This document shows, in pieces, positions 13,701-25,700 of a DNA stretch of 64,000 nucleotides. Below the pieces are notes generated by a model that was not told the origin of the DNA, ran no database searches, and saw only the letters and a program-made list of their open reading frames with translations. The first letter of the stretch is position 1. Each line of letters opens with the position of its first letter. Position numbers and translations under genes: made by a program. Source of the stretch: Azolla caroliniana (taxonomy: Eukaryota; Plantae; Polypodiophyta); NCBI GenBank assembly GCA_043228905.1, contig JBHGNT010000002.1:22816001-22880000 (forward strand). The letters are read 5' to 3'.

Positions 13701-16700
13701 AAACCCATTTGCATGGAAGTGTTTTCTGCCCTTTAGGCAACTGCACCAAAAATGTTTACCATAAATGACTTTTTATGAGATGTTTGTACATGTTTACCAT
13801 AAATGCAATGATCACAATGTTCAAAATCAGCATAACGAAGACATGGCAAGTAACCCAAACGAGACAATACTTTCATACCAGTTTCACTCGTGTGTCCCAA
13901 CCGACCATGCCACAAAGAAACACTAGGCTGCTCGGTTATGGCAACAACATGGTCATTCACACTAGATACATGGAGAGGAAACAAAGTATCACTTTTAATA
14001 CCCTTAGCAATAACTCTAGATCCCTTACAAATCTTCCATTTCCCATCACCAAAGGTTGTGTGAAATCCTTCATCATCTAGTTGTCTTGTGCTAATCAAGC
14101 TCTTCTTGAGCTGAGGTACATGTCGTACATGCTGAAGTGTGAAAGCAGAACCATGCTGAAACTGTAATTGCACAGTGCCAATACCTGCAATTTCACATGC
14201 ATAGTTGTCCCCAAGATGGACAACACCATGTCGACCCCCTGTGTAATCTGAAAACCACTCACGATGAGGGGTGACGTGAAAAGAAGCACCAGAATCGAGT
14301 ATCCAAGTGTGCATGTCACCATCCATATCTACAAGTAAAGCATGTTCTCTATGGAATGATGAAACAAAGAGTACATCATTTCCACTATCACTATCATGAG
14401 TGACTACATTCACCTCTTCAATTTTAGTATTGCCTTTCCTCGGTTGAATGTCTCTCTTTTCTTCTATGAAATCATCTATCTTCTTGCCCTTTCCTTTCTC
14501 TTTCTTCCATTTGAAACAATCACGTTTAAAATGACCCTTTTTGCCACAGTGATGGCATTCTACATCTTTACCACGTGATTTACTACGGCCATAACTATCA
14601 GATTTGCCTCTTTGTTGTGACCTACCCCTCATATGCAACGCACTAGAGGACTTATTGGATGCATTGTTTTGCCGACTCATCTCTTCCATGAGTAGAGAAC
14701 TCTCTACATCGGCATAAAGAAGCATCGCATTTGAATTGCTCATAGCAGTCCTGAAAGTATCCCAACTTTCTGGCAAGGTGCAAAGTAAAAACGTGGCCTT
14801 AAACTCATCATCAATGATGAATTTTAAGGCAACCAACTGGCTGAAAATGGAATTGAACTCACTCAGGTGAGTTGACATGGGTGTGCCCTCTATCATACGC
14901 AAATCCATAAGTTTCTTAAGCCAATAAACTTTGCCAGTTGTCGTCTTTTGGGCATACAGTTCCTCCAGTCTAGTCCATATAGAATAGGCAGAGTCCAAAC
15001 CTTTGATATTAAAAAGCAAGGCATCAGAAATCGACAACTCAATAGTCGAGCGTGCAAGCTCGTTCAACTCTTGCCAATCATCTTGGTCCATATCTGTAGG
15101 CTTTACTAGCAATGGGCCCGGTTTCAACTTAAACCGAACCGAACCGTTTAACCATGGTTTAAAAGTTTATAAGCTCCAAAATAATAAAATGGTTTGGTTT
15201 GGTTTTAATTAATAATAAACGGTTCGGTTTCAGTTCGGTTTGGTTTTGAAACTAGGGTTTATAGGTTTATAGGTTTGGTTTATAGGTTTATAGGTTTTTG
15301 GGATTTTCTTTTTATCCATTAAATGTTTATGTAATTTAATGGTTTAATTAATGTTTTTCATTGGTTTAATTCACTTAACATAATTGTTTATTTAATCTAA
15401 TGGCTCAATTAATCTTATTTATTTATTTATTTATTTTAACATAAACGCTTATTTAATTTTGTATATTTTTATTTAATTAATTCTTTAATTAGCTTGACTT
15501 AAATGTGGTTAGGTTTAAATTTTTTATTAAATGGTTCGGTTTGGTTTTAACTTTTCCCTAAATGGTTTTGGTTTAAATGGTTTAGTTTACCTTTTTTTTA
15601 AATGGTTTGGTTTAAATGTTCAAATGTTCATAAACGGTTTGGTTTGGCTTTTGTTTTATATAAAGGGTTTGGTTTGGTTTCAAGGCACCGAAACCGAACC
15701 GGGCCCATTGCTAGACTTTACCCCTTTGACTTTTATAGGCTTTGCATGCTTCTTTTGCAACAGGATGTTGTAGCACTGCTTTTTACAAACCGCAAAGTTA
15801 TGTGCACCCTCAAGCTTCTTGATGTGCATAAGGTGGCTACTGTCACTGCTACTAGTCATGATTTCTTAGCCCAAACGGAGGACCAAACCTGCTTTGCAGA
15901 AATCGTGACCTGCTCTGCACAAAACCCTAAACTCTGCTCTGCAAAAAACCCTAAACTCAGCTTTGCAAAAAACCCTAAACTCTGCTCTACAGAAAACCCT
16001 AAACTCTGCTCTGCAAAAAACTCTAAACTCTGCTCTACAAAAAACCCTAAACTCTGCTCTACACAAAACCCTAAACTCAACTCTGATACCAGTTTGAAGG
16101 TAGCACGGGGATTAGGGTTTAGGTCAAAAAACAGAGAGGGAGAGAGTCTGAGTGAGAGACAAGGAGAGAGAGAGAGAGATGCACGATGTCTTGGGTACAA
16201 AGAGTGTACCTCTTTTTTGGTTTTTAGATATTATGTATATACAAGTCAAAAGTGTGCTACGAGTGCGTTCACACTCGTGCACTAATAAAGCCACGATGGC
16301 CCTTTATTCCCAACATATATCTTTCTTTCTCCCAAAGCATGGCTTTACAAGGCACCCTAGGGAATGCTTTCTGCAGTTCAAATGTGGTTGAATTTGAGTA
16401 CAATGTTAAAGAACACTTCCTTGATATGTCCTACCCCACCTAATATGTGAGATCCAAATGAGCTCCTGGTAAGATTTAAAAATTGCTGCTCTAAGGTGTG
16501 GGAGAGTTGTAGACACCATAGACAAATAATGCACTCATTTGAGAAAATCCTATATATCCTTATTTCACTTTTACAAAGGTGATTCTTGCACATAGTAGAC
16601 ATTCCATTTCAACCTATATTTCATCGAAGTGATCATGGTCATCAATAACTCCTATTATATCTATTTTTCTTCTCTGTAGGAGGAATCTGATGAGATTGAT

Positions 16701-19700
16701 TCCCGTGTTATGTTTTTTAAATGCTTTAGTGGTCAATAAAATGCACCATCAGATTGTGTGAGAAAAGCTGTTAATAGCAGCAGCAGAAGAGTTAGAACAA
16801 AATAGACACAGCCAAGCTGTGAGAAGGTTGTTAGACAACAATAAAAAAAATGGTTGCAAAGAGTAGAGACACAGCCAAAGAGTTGTGCTTGTTTGTAAGT
16901 AGCAACAGAAAATAATCTCATTATAAAAGTGGCTGGTATAAGTCTATTTATACAAAATTGGGAATGGTTGTTTGGTAGTTAAGAGACTATTGTACTACCA
17001 AACAGGTACAATAAACTAGGAATAAAAAGGGAATATCTTGGAAAAAGTGGAAGAGAGAAAAGGCATTTAAAGCGTTGTAGATTCTAGAGAGAGAAGGCAT
17101 TTAAAGAGTTGCAAATTCTAGAGAGAGATGAATCTAGGAAGAGAGAGAATGTAGTATAGAGATAATAAAGATGAAAGAGAGTGCAGGTCTAGAACTGCCA
17201 CCCTCCAACACCTCCTCTCGGCTCCAGAACAGCTGTCAAACATTGAGTCGACCGAGGAGCTAATCAATGGCATGCCTTGGAAGCGGAAAAAAAACACAGA
17301 GATTGTTGTCAGCGTAAAGTTTTGAAACCCAAGAGAGAGAAAGGTGTCAATTTTGTCATGCCAAGCTTTGGGAGCTTGCTTTAAGAAATACAATGCTTTT
17401 TGTAACCTGTAGACCATGTTTTTCTGCTCTAAAATCTTGAAACCTGGAGGTTGTTCAACATAACCCTCCTCTTTCAAGTCACCATTAAGGAAGGCTGACT
17501 TGACATCCATTTGAAAAATGGGCCATTTGTTATAAGCAGCAAGTGCAAGCGCACCAGATGTATACTCATTCATGAAGTTCAGCATCGAAGAGATGAGAAT
17601 CACGAATGGTGGCTTGAAGCCACTTGGGAAGTGGTGGAAGCTGGTGTGTAGAGGGAGGGGAAACAAGTGGAGTTGAGGGGGAGGTTTGAATTGTTGGCGA
17701 AGTTAGAGATTGAGTAGGAGAAGATGGGGGGCTTGAAGGTGAGACATCTTCGTCTAAAATAGGAGATTCCGGAGGAGCTAGGATTTCAACCGTGAACTCA
17801 GGTGAAATCCTAGAGTTATCTAGTTGAGACTCCACAAAATGAACATCCCTAGAGATGACTAAATCCCATAACCTGTAGGCTTTAGATTGTGTTGTAACCA
17901 AGAAATTTGCATTTCTTGGTTTTGGACTCAAATTTAGTCCTTTTATGATCTGAAATGTGAACATAAGCATCACAACCAAAGACTTTAAAATGAGATACTG
18001 AGGGCTTTACACCTGTAAATGCTTCTACAAGGGTCATTGCAGCAACTGCTTTTGTTGGACAGCAGTTGATGATGTAGACTTCTGTGTTGACAACTTCACC
18101 CCAAAATTAGAGAGGACGATCAGATTGAGATAGCATTGTGCGAGCCATCTCTTGGACTGTCCGGTTCTTCCTTTCCACAACTCCATTTTGTTGAGGAGTA
18201 TTGGGTGTAGAAAATTGGCGAGCAATGCCTCGTTGAGAGCAGAAATGGTGGAAAGCTTGGGAGATAAACTCTCCACCATTGTCCAACTTGATCTTTTGAA
18301 CTTTCTTTGATGTCTCGTTCTCCACGAGAACTACCCATTCTTGAAATTTTGTGAAGGCTTGAGGTTTTTCTGCAAGAAAATAAACCCAAACCTTGCGGGA
18401 GAAATCATCAATGATGAGCATGAAGGAGCATGCACCACCAAGAGTAGTCGTTTTCATGGGACCACAAAGATCCATGTGCACTAACTCCAAGATAGATGTT
18501 GCACGGTGAGTGGCTTCATGAGAGAAAGGCTCTCGATGTTGCTTGCCATGAAGACAAGCAACACATGGGGTATTGGGAGTTTTGAAAATAGGAAGACCCT
18601 CAACTAGTTGTGAAGAGGAGAGCTTTTGTAGAGAATCGTAGTTGAGGTGACCGAGCCTAGCATGCCACAACGTGGGATCTTCTTGTGCCACCAAGCCATG
18701 AGAGCCTTGAAGAAGATGAAGACGATGAGATTTGGACTTTTCCAAGGGGCCGTGGGAACTTTTCAAGCGGTATAAACCCCCTTCTTGTGTGCCACTAGCT
18801 ACAATTTGTAGGCTGTTGGTGTCCATGACTTCCAAAACTGAGCTATCAAAGTAGACTCCATAACCTTGCTTAGTGATTTGGTAGACTGAAAGTAAGTTGG
18901 CAGAGATGCGAGGCACATGTAGCACGTCTTGAAGAATGACAGGTTCTTCATTTGAAGAATTGTTAAGAAACACATTACCCACACATGAAGCCTCAATGCT
19001 TGAGGCATTTCCTATGGAGATTTGGGAGGATCTAGGCTTCACATCATGCAAAATGGATTTGTCATAGGTCATGTGAGAAGTGGCACCACTATCTACTAAC
19101 CACTCATCAATGGTTGAGGTAGTTGGTTCGACCAAATGTGAAGTATGTTCCTCAATGCCAAGAAAAATTGTTTCTTTGGCTGAGTGGGCTGAGTGGGCCG
19201 AGTTGGATTTCGGTGTAGGTTGATTTTCGGTAGAAGAAGAGTTCTTAGCATTGTCCCTTTTCTTTTTCCGACAATCGGGCTGAATGTGACCTTTGTAGCC
19301 ACAATAATGACAAGTGAGCTCCTTGTAGGCTGGGTTGTTTGGTGGTTTTGGACTGGGTTTGTTGTAGGAGTTACCATTTTGCTTCCAGTTGCCTTTACTT
19401 GTCGCATTAGAAGCGTGTTATTGGAAGTTTGAGCACTTTTCTTCCTTGTTGCCCTGTCTTGTAGCATGCCAAGAAATGTATTCATATCAGGTGTGTTGGG
19501 AAGAAGAGAAATTGTGTCACAAAAGGCTGAGAATGACTCAGGCAACTTTATCATTAGACGATGCACAAACTCGACTTCAGTTGACTTGCTTCCCAAAGAA
19601 ACTAGTTCCTTTTGGAGAGTAAAAAATTGTGTTATTTGATCCATGATGTTGGGAGTGTCATGAATCTTGAGATTTGCTAGTTGGCTCTCAATAGCTATCA

Positions 19701-22700
19701 TTTGAGCATGATTAGCTCGATGATACCTCTTTTTGATGGCTGTCCATAGTTCATTGGTTGTCTCTTCATCTCTATCTTGAAATCGGCGAGCGATGCTCGG
19801 TTTAATATTAAACATGAGGAACACATGAGCACGAGAATCCTTATCTAGCCAAGCTTCAATCTCAGCGTTAGATGAGCCAGCAACTGATTTGGTTGAAGAG
19901 GATAAAGTTATTGGTGGTTTCTTGTCACTACCATTGACTACATTCCATAAACAATGGTATTGTGGCAAGGTCTTTATTTGTAGCTCCCAACCCAAGTAAT
20001 TGTTCCCATTCAAGATGGACTCTTTGGGGAGTTGGGGAATGGTTGATGAAACGATAGTGGCATGTGAGGCCATGGATATCCTCCTCTTGAGCTACAACTC
20101 AACAATTTACAGCAGTTGTAAGTAGATGCTCAAGGTCGTTCTACTTCTCCCTAGATGCTAGGTGAGGCTCAGATGATGGGAAAAGAAAAAAAAAGAACCT
20201 CCTTTGTAGGTTGGGAGAGTGGCTGCTAAGAGAACCTCCTCTATAGGGTTGGGAGGGAGGGATAAAAGAAGAGAGGTCTGTGTGGTTTTTTGGCAAAAAA
20301 AATCAGGTTGAGGATATGGAGACCTCACTGCTCTGATACCATGTGAGAAAAGCTGTTAATAGCAGCAGCGGAAGAGTTAGAACAAAATAGACACAGCCAA
20401 GCTGTGAGAAGGCTGTTAGACAACAATAAAAAAAATGGTTGCAAAGAGTAGAGACACAGCCAAAGAGTTGTGCTTGTTTGTAAGTAGCAGCAGAAAATAA
20501 TCTCATTGCAAAAGAGGCTGGTATAAGCCTATTTATACAAAATTGGGAATGGTTGTTTGGTAGTTAAGAGACTCTTGTACTACCAAACAGGTACAATAAA
20601 CTAGGAATAAAAAGGGAATATCTTGGAAAAAGTGGAAGAGAGAAAATGCATTTAAAGCGTTGCAGATTCTAGAGAGAGAAGGCATTTAAAGAGTTGCAGA
20701 TTCTAGAGAGAGAATGTAGTACAGTGATAATAAAGATGAAAGAGACTGCAGGTCTGGGACTGCCACCCTCCAACAGATTGTACTTTCTGTAGCCCATAAG
20801 GAAAGCTTTGTATCATGTTTTGCATCACATGTAGTTTAAACTTGTTTAAAATCTCGCTCATTTAGCTTTTCCTTCTGTTCAAATAGTGCAATCATGACAT
20901 GTACTAATGTTAGTCAGAATTAAGAGCATGACAATATGAAATACAAACATGAAATAGCACTAGGATCTTAAAAGATTTAATGGTTTCTTAAGTTAAGTAT
21001 CATACTCGGATAGGTGAGTGCATTGTCAATCGTTCCAGAACAAGGTTCGTCACAAAGGCATCTGCCGGCTTTATGTCTGGCACTGTATTTGTGTGTTTGC
21101 TTGTTCCTTGATATGGAAATAAAAAAAAGCTTGCTGACCAATCTTGCCCAGAGTTTACAACCGCGGAGAAGTATGCAATATGTAGATGATAACAAAGTTG
21201 GTCACATAGATGATCCACACAACATGACTGCATATAAGTACAGAAAAACTATATCAGCATAGGTTTAACCCCTTGATTATTAGAACAGCATATAATTGCA
21301 TTTTACAAGCTGCAACATGGTGGAGTTCAATTATTATTTCAATTAGCTTCTTTCTCTTTCAACAAGTGAAATTTACAAAAATAAAGTATGCATTAGCAAA
21401 AATTGAAGGAGATAAAAAGCATGCTAATCTATTATATCCTGTTTTTGGGATGACAGAATTTCTAATCTTTGTATGTTTCAAAGAACGTCAGAATTTTAAA
21501 AGTAGTGATGTTTTTATGAGAAAGTAACACAAAAAAACAGAATGAAATTTCCTGAATTTAAAAACTTAAACAGACGAGTTTAAATACTCCCTAAAGATTA
21601 CTATAAGAAAACGAAAAAAGTAGGAGAATAGAAACAAACCACCTCTCCATGCTTTATATTCAGAGATAGTTCCGTTGACTTATTATCCCATAAAAACTCC
21701 ATCATTTGGCGTCGAGCTGAAGTGTCACCAGCCAACAAGTCCCAACCCAGTACAGCTGCCAAAGGTTGAAGTCTAGGGAAAACAGCAAGAACCTGACCTT
21801 CATGCAAAATCTGAATGAGTGCTCATTAACTCATTAACAGTGGAAAAATGTTAATCAGACTTACATCAACTGCTTTTTGGAATTGATGACTCTTTATTGA
21901 AGTAATTGCAGCATCCATCACAATTTCAAACATATGTGCTCCAGTGGCTCGTGAGTAATGGTAGAGTTGTCTCAAGGTGTGACTAACTGCTACTGTTGCA
22001 TTTAACCCACCACCTTGTGGGACAATGGTGTCTTCTCCCCGCAAACTCCTAAAACACTGATGGAGATAATGTAATGGTGGAGGTAAGCTTGTTCCGCTCG
22101 ACACTTTATATGACATCGCTGCTTCATGTAAAAAATAATCTTGTACAGACTATCAATCATGAAATATAATGGTCAGTTTTAACAAACCTATAGTTACAAT
22201 AACATAATGTAGAAAAGTAACAATTTATTACCTCCACAAGAGAAACCAAGGAAATGCTTCCACTGGATTGAATGCTCTCATATAGTTCAAGCATTTGCAT
22301 TCTGAACTTTTCTTGTTTGATTACACCATATTCTTGACTTAGAATTTTCCTCACAATTGCATGAATAATATCTCTGATGTCAAACAAAACACATGTTTTA
22401 TAAATTATGTATAGGCTGCAGACCCACTTCCATCTCTTCGCATCCACAAATTGAAGCATTATAAAGGACGTTAGGTCATCTAACCTTCGGACATAGCAAC
22501 CAATACCAAAATATATTGTGTTACGTGACACATATGTGAGCTGAAATATAAATAGAGATGATCTCGATCTTTGGTGTCTTGAGTCTACTAAGGATATATA
22601 AACATTATCAGTGTATTCCATAGGAACAGGCATTATTAAGGCCGCAATTCATTTCCCACATGCTTTCAAGGTTTTACGCTTTAAATCAATTTTTAACCTT

Positions 22701-25700
22701 TAAATAGGCAAATACTTAACAAAACACATGTTTTATAAATTATGTATAGGCTGTAGACCCACTTCCATCTCTTCACGTCCACAAATCAAAGCATTATAAA
22801 GGACGTTAGGTCATCTAACCTTCGGACATAGCAACCAATACCAAAATATATTGTGTTAAGTGACACATATGTGAGCTGAAATATAAATAGAGATGATCTC
22901 GATCTTTGGTGTCTTGAGTCTACTAAGGATATATAAACATTACCAGTACATTCCATAGGAACAAGCATTATTAAGGCAGCGATTCATTTCCCACATGCTT
23001 TCAAGGTTTTACGCTTTAAATCAATTTTTAACCTTTAAATAGGCAAATACTTAACAAAACACGTATGAATCACAAGATGAAATCTAGAATATAACTTGGA
23101 ATACACAAATACATGCACATGTATCTGTAACAGTATCTATCTGTAATTATTTAAATGTTATACATGCATACATGTCTATATATACTTCAACAGATATAAA
23201 GTGTATCTATGCGTATTTTCATCTAGCTAGTTGGCTAGGGTCTCCTGACCAACTAAACCACAAGAAAATGGGCATTACAGAATCTACAGTATCAGCATGT
23301 CCACCACAATGGTTTTAGATTTTACAAGTCAATATATACCTCAACAGATCTAAAGTGTATCTATGGATATTTCAATCTAGCCAGTTAGCTAGGGTCTCCC
23401 AACCAACTAAACCACAAGAGAATGAGCATTGCAGAATCTATATTACCAACAATTCCACCCCACTGAGTATAGGTTTTATCAACTACTTCATGCATAGCAT
23501 GGACAAGATGTTACGGGATATCCATTCATCTAGATTCTGAGCCCAAAAGTACAGTAAAAGTTCATATCAACATTCATATAAAGTATTCTTAAGTACATGA
23601 ATCACACACTATGCTGAGTTCCATCACTTCTCTAAAGAGAATGGCTAGACTTGCTCATGATGCAAACTGGCATTAAGTAAGAGAATGGTGTCACATTGTG
23701 TGTGTTTTGCATATGATATCATCTAACAGCAATTTTCTTTTACATGTTTCCCTAAAACTCTAAAAGTCCGGCAAGAGGGCATTGTGTAACCAGTATGAAA
23801 TGTTGAAGGGTGGCAGCCCAGGAACTAATCTCTCCCTTTACGCCCTCTCTCTACACGTTTTACTCTCTCTTGGTCCACTTTATTCCAGCATTTATTTTAT
23901 TTGACTTTCTAAACATATCGGTACTTCATTACAGCATTTACTATAAATAAATAAATTATCTACTACTTTGACTTAATATGCTCCTAGGTACATTCTATTC
24001 CTTTTGTAAATGCATTTGCTACAAACCCCACTCTCATTTTTGTACTTTGAGCTTCACTAAGAAACATAGTTCTTTTTAGTTTATTTTTCTACTACTGCTA
24101 GCCTCTTTGGCACCTTACAACTATTCATAACTATCAAATAGTATCAAACATGTGAGTGTGAGAAAAGTTGTTAATAGCAGCAGCGAAATAGTTGTTAGAA
24201 CAAAATAGACACAAGCTGTGAGAAGGCTGTAAGACAGCAGTAGCAAAAATGGTTGCAAAGAGTAGAGACACAGCCAAAGAGTAGAGCTTGTTTTCAAGTA
24301 GCATCAAAAATAAGGTTTTTACGAAAGAGGCTTGTATAGCCTATTTATACAAAATTGGGGAACGTGGGTAAAATGGTTATTTGGTAGTTAAGTGACTCTT
24401 ATACTACCAAACAGGTACAATAAACTAGGAATAAGAGGGAATGGCTTGGAACAAGTGGAAGAGAGATAAGGCATTTAAAGTGTTGCAGATTCTAGAGAGA
24501 GGAGAATCTAGGAAGAGAGATAATAAAGATGAAAGAGAGTGCAGGTCTGGAGCTGCCACCCTCCAACAATGAGGTCACCATATCTTCCCATCATATTTGT
24601 TTTCTCACATCCAACACAATTTTCTTTGAGCAGCCAATAATGTGTTTCCATTTCCATTCCTCCCACCCCATGAAGCACGCTCTTCAAACAGCCATATATA
24701 GTTCCACTTTAACTACATTTAGGGAGTGGGCAGCCCTTGTGCACCTCCTTATAACAATCTGTTTATATCTTTAAAGGGATTTCATGGCTTTCAACACCAC
24801 TATTATATCTTGGACCATTCCTCAACTTCCCAAAGTGTCTATTCTCGATCGAACCAGCTACCAAGATTGGGAGTTGCATATGATGACCTTACTGCAACAA
24901 CATCGTTTATGGAATATTGTTCAAGGGACTAAGTCCTATCCTAAGACTACTTTTATTATTTCATCTTCAGAACCCACATAATTTGCAATTGACTCTAGGC
25001 AGGAAGAAAATGGTCATTCTCATGCTTCCATACTCTTGAAAATAAAGCCTCAAATACAGTTCAACAAAGGTATCATAGAGCCATTAAGGCTCAAATGATA
25101 GCTTTGGAGAACCAAACAGCCAATCTTCAAGTTTTTGGTGGTCTTAACATGGTGGAGCAAATCACTTATTTTATTTTGATTTGTTGTTCTCAAAGACGGG
25201 ACAACACTTAAGATGTAATCTCTTGTTTGGTCTTATAGGCCATTTTGGCCTCTTAAAAGACGCTAATATAACTTTCTTTCTCCAAATGCAGCTTGGTTTT
25301 CCTTAGGAAGCAAGTCCACCAAAGAAGAGTTTGTCCATTGCTTGATGAATGACTAACCTAGGCACATCCTCTCTTGATGATTGGATAATGGATGGCGGTT
25401 GCACAACCCATATAACCCATGGCAAGTCTATCTTGTGTGATATACAGTAACACAACTAGCAAATTTCTATTGGAGATGCCTTGAGTCTTGAGGTTTCATG
25501 CATGGGCAATGTATTTCGAATTCTTCTAGTCAACAAATAACTATGATTCATAATGTATTACAATCGGTGTATATCCCAAATGGGTGTCAAGTCTCCTTTT
25601 TTGAATGGTGATTTTATAGAAGAAAACTATATGGCACAGCCTCCAGGTTTTAAGATTTCAAGTCAGCACAGTATTATTTATAGGCTGAATAAAAACTTTA

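Larger units (their letters stand above)
12216..16315 (-). mobile_element. Ty1/Copia LTR retrotransposon, internally deleted (non-autonomous)
   Basis: TG..CA LTRs at 12216-12393 and 16095-16315; 5-bp TSD TATAT; PBS TGGTATCAGAG (16081-16091); PPT next to 12394. Gag starts at 15859 with knuckle CHHCGKKGHFKRDC; protease WILDSGAS; GAG-pre-integrase WHGRLGH; RT KARLVAKG/QMDVKTAFLHG/SVDDML; RNase H tail HAKTKHIEVKYHFIRD. Integrase core is missing. Confidence 0.95.

Noticed and set aside
15912-16076. Regular repeat array resembling CRISPR
   Set aside because: Head-to-tail units with no unique spacers, eukaryotic context and no cas genes.
15602-16285. 227-aa plus-strand ORF with (NPKLCSAK)n repeats, and its antisense ORFs
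   Set aside because: Translation artefact of the 24-bp tandem array; it spans MITE, antisense gag, PBS and LTR.
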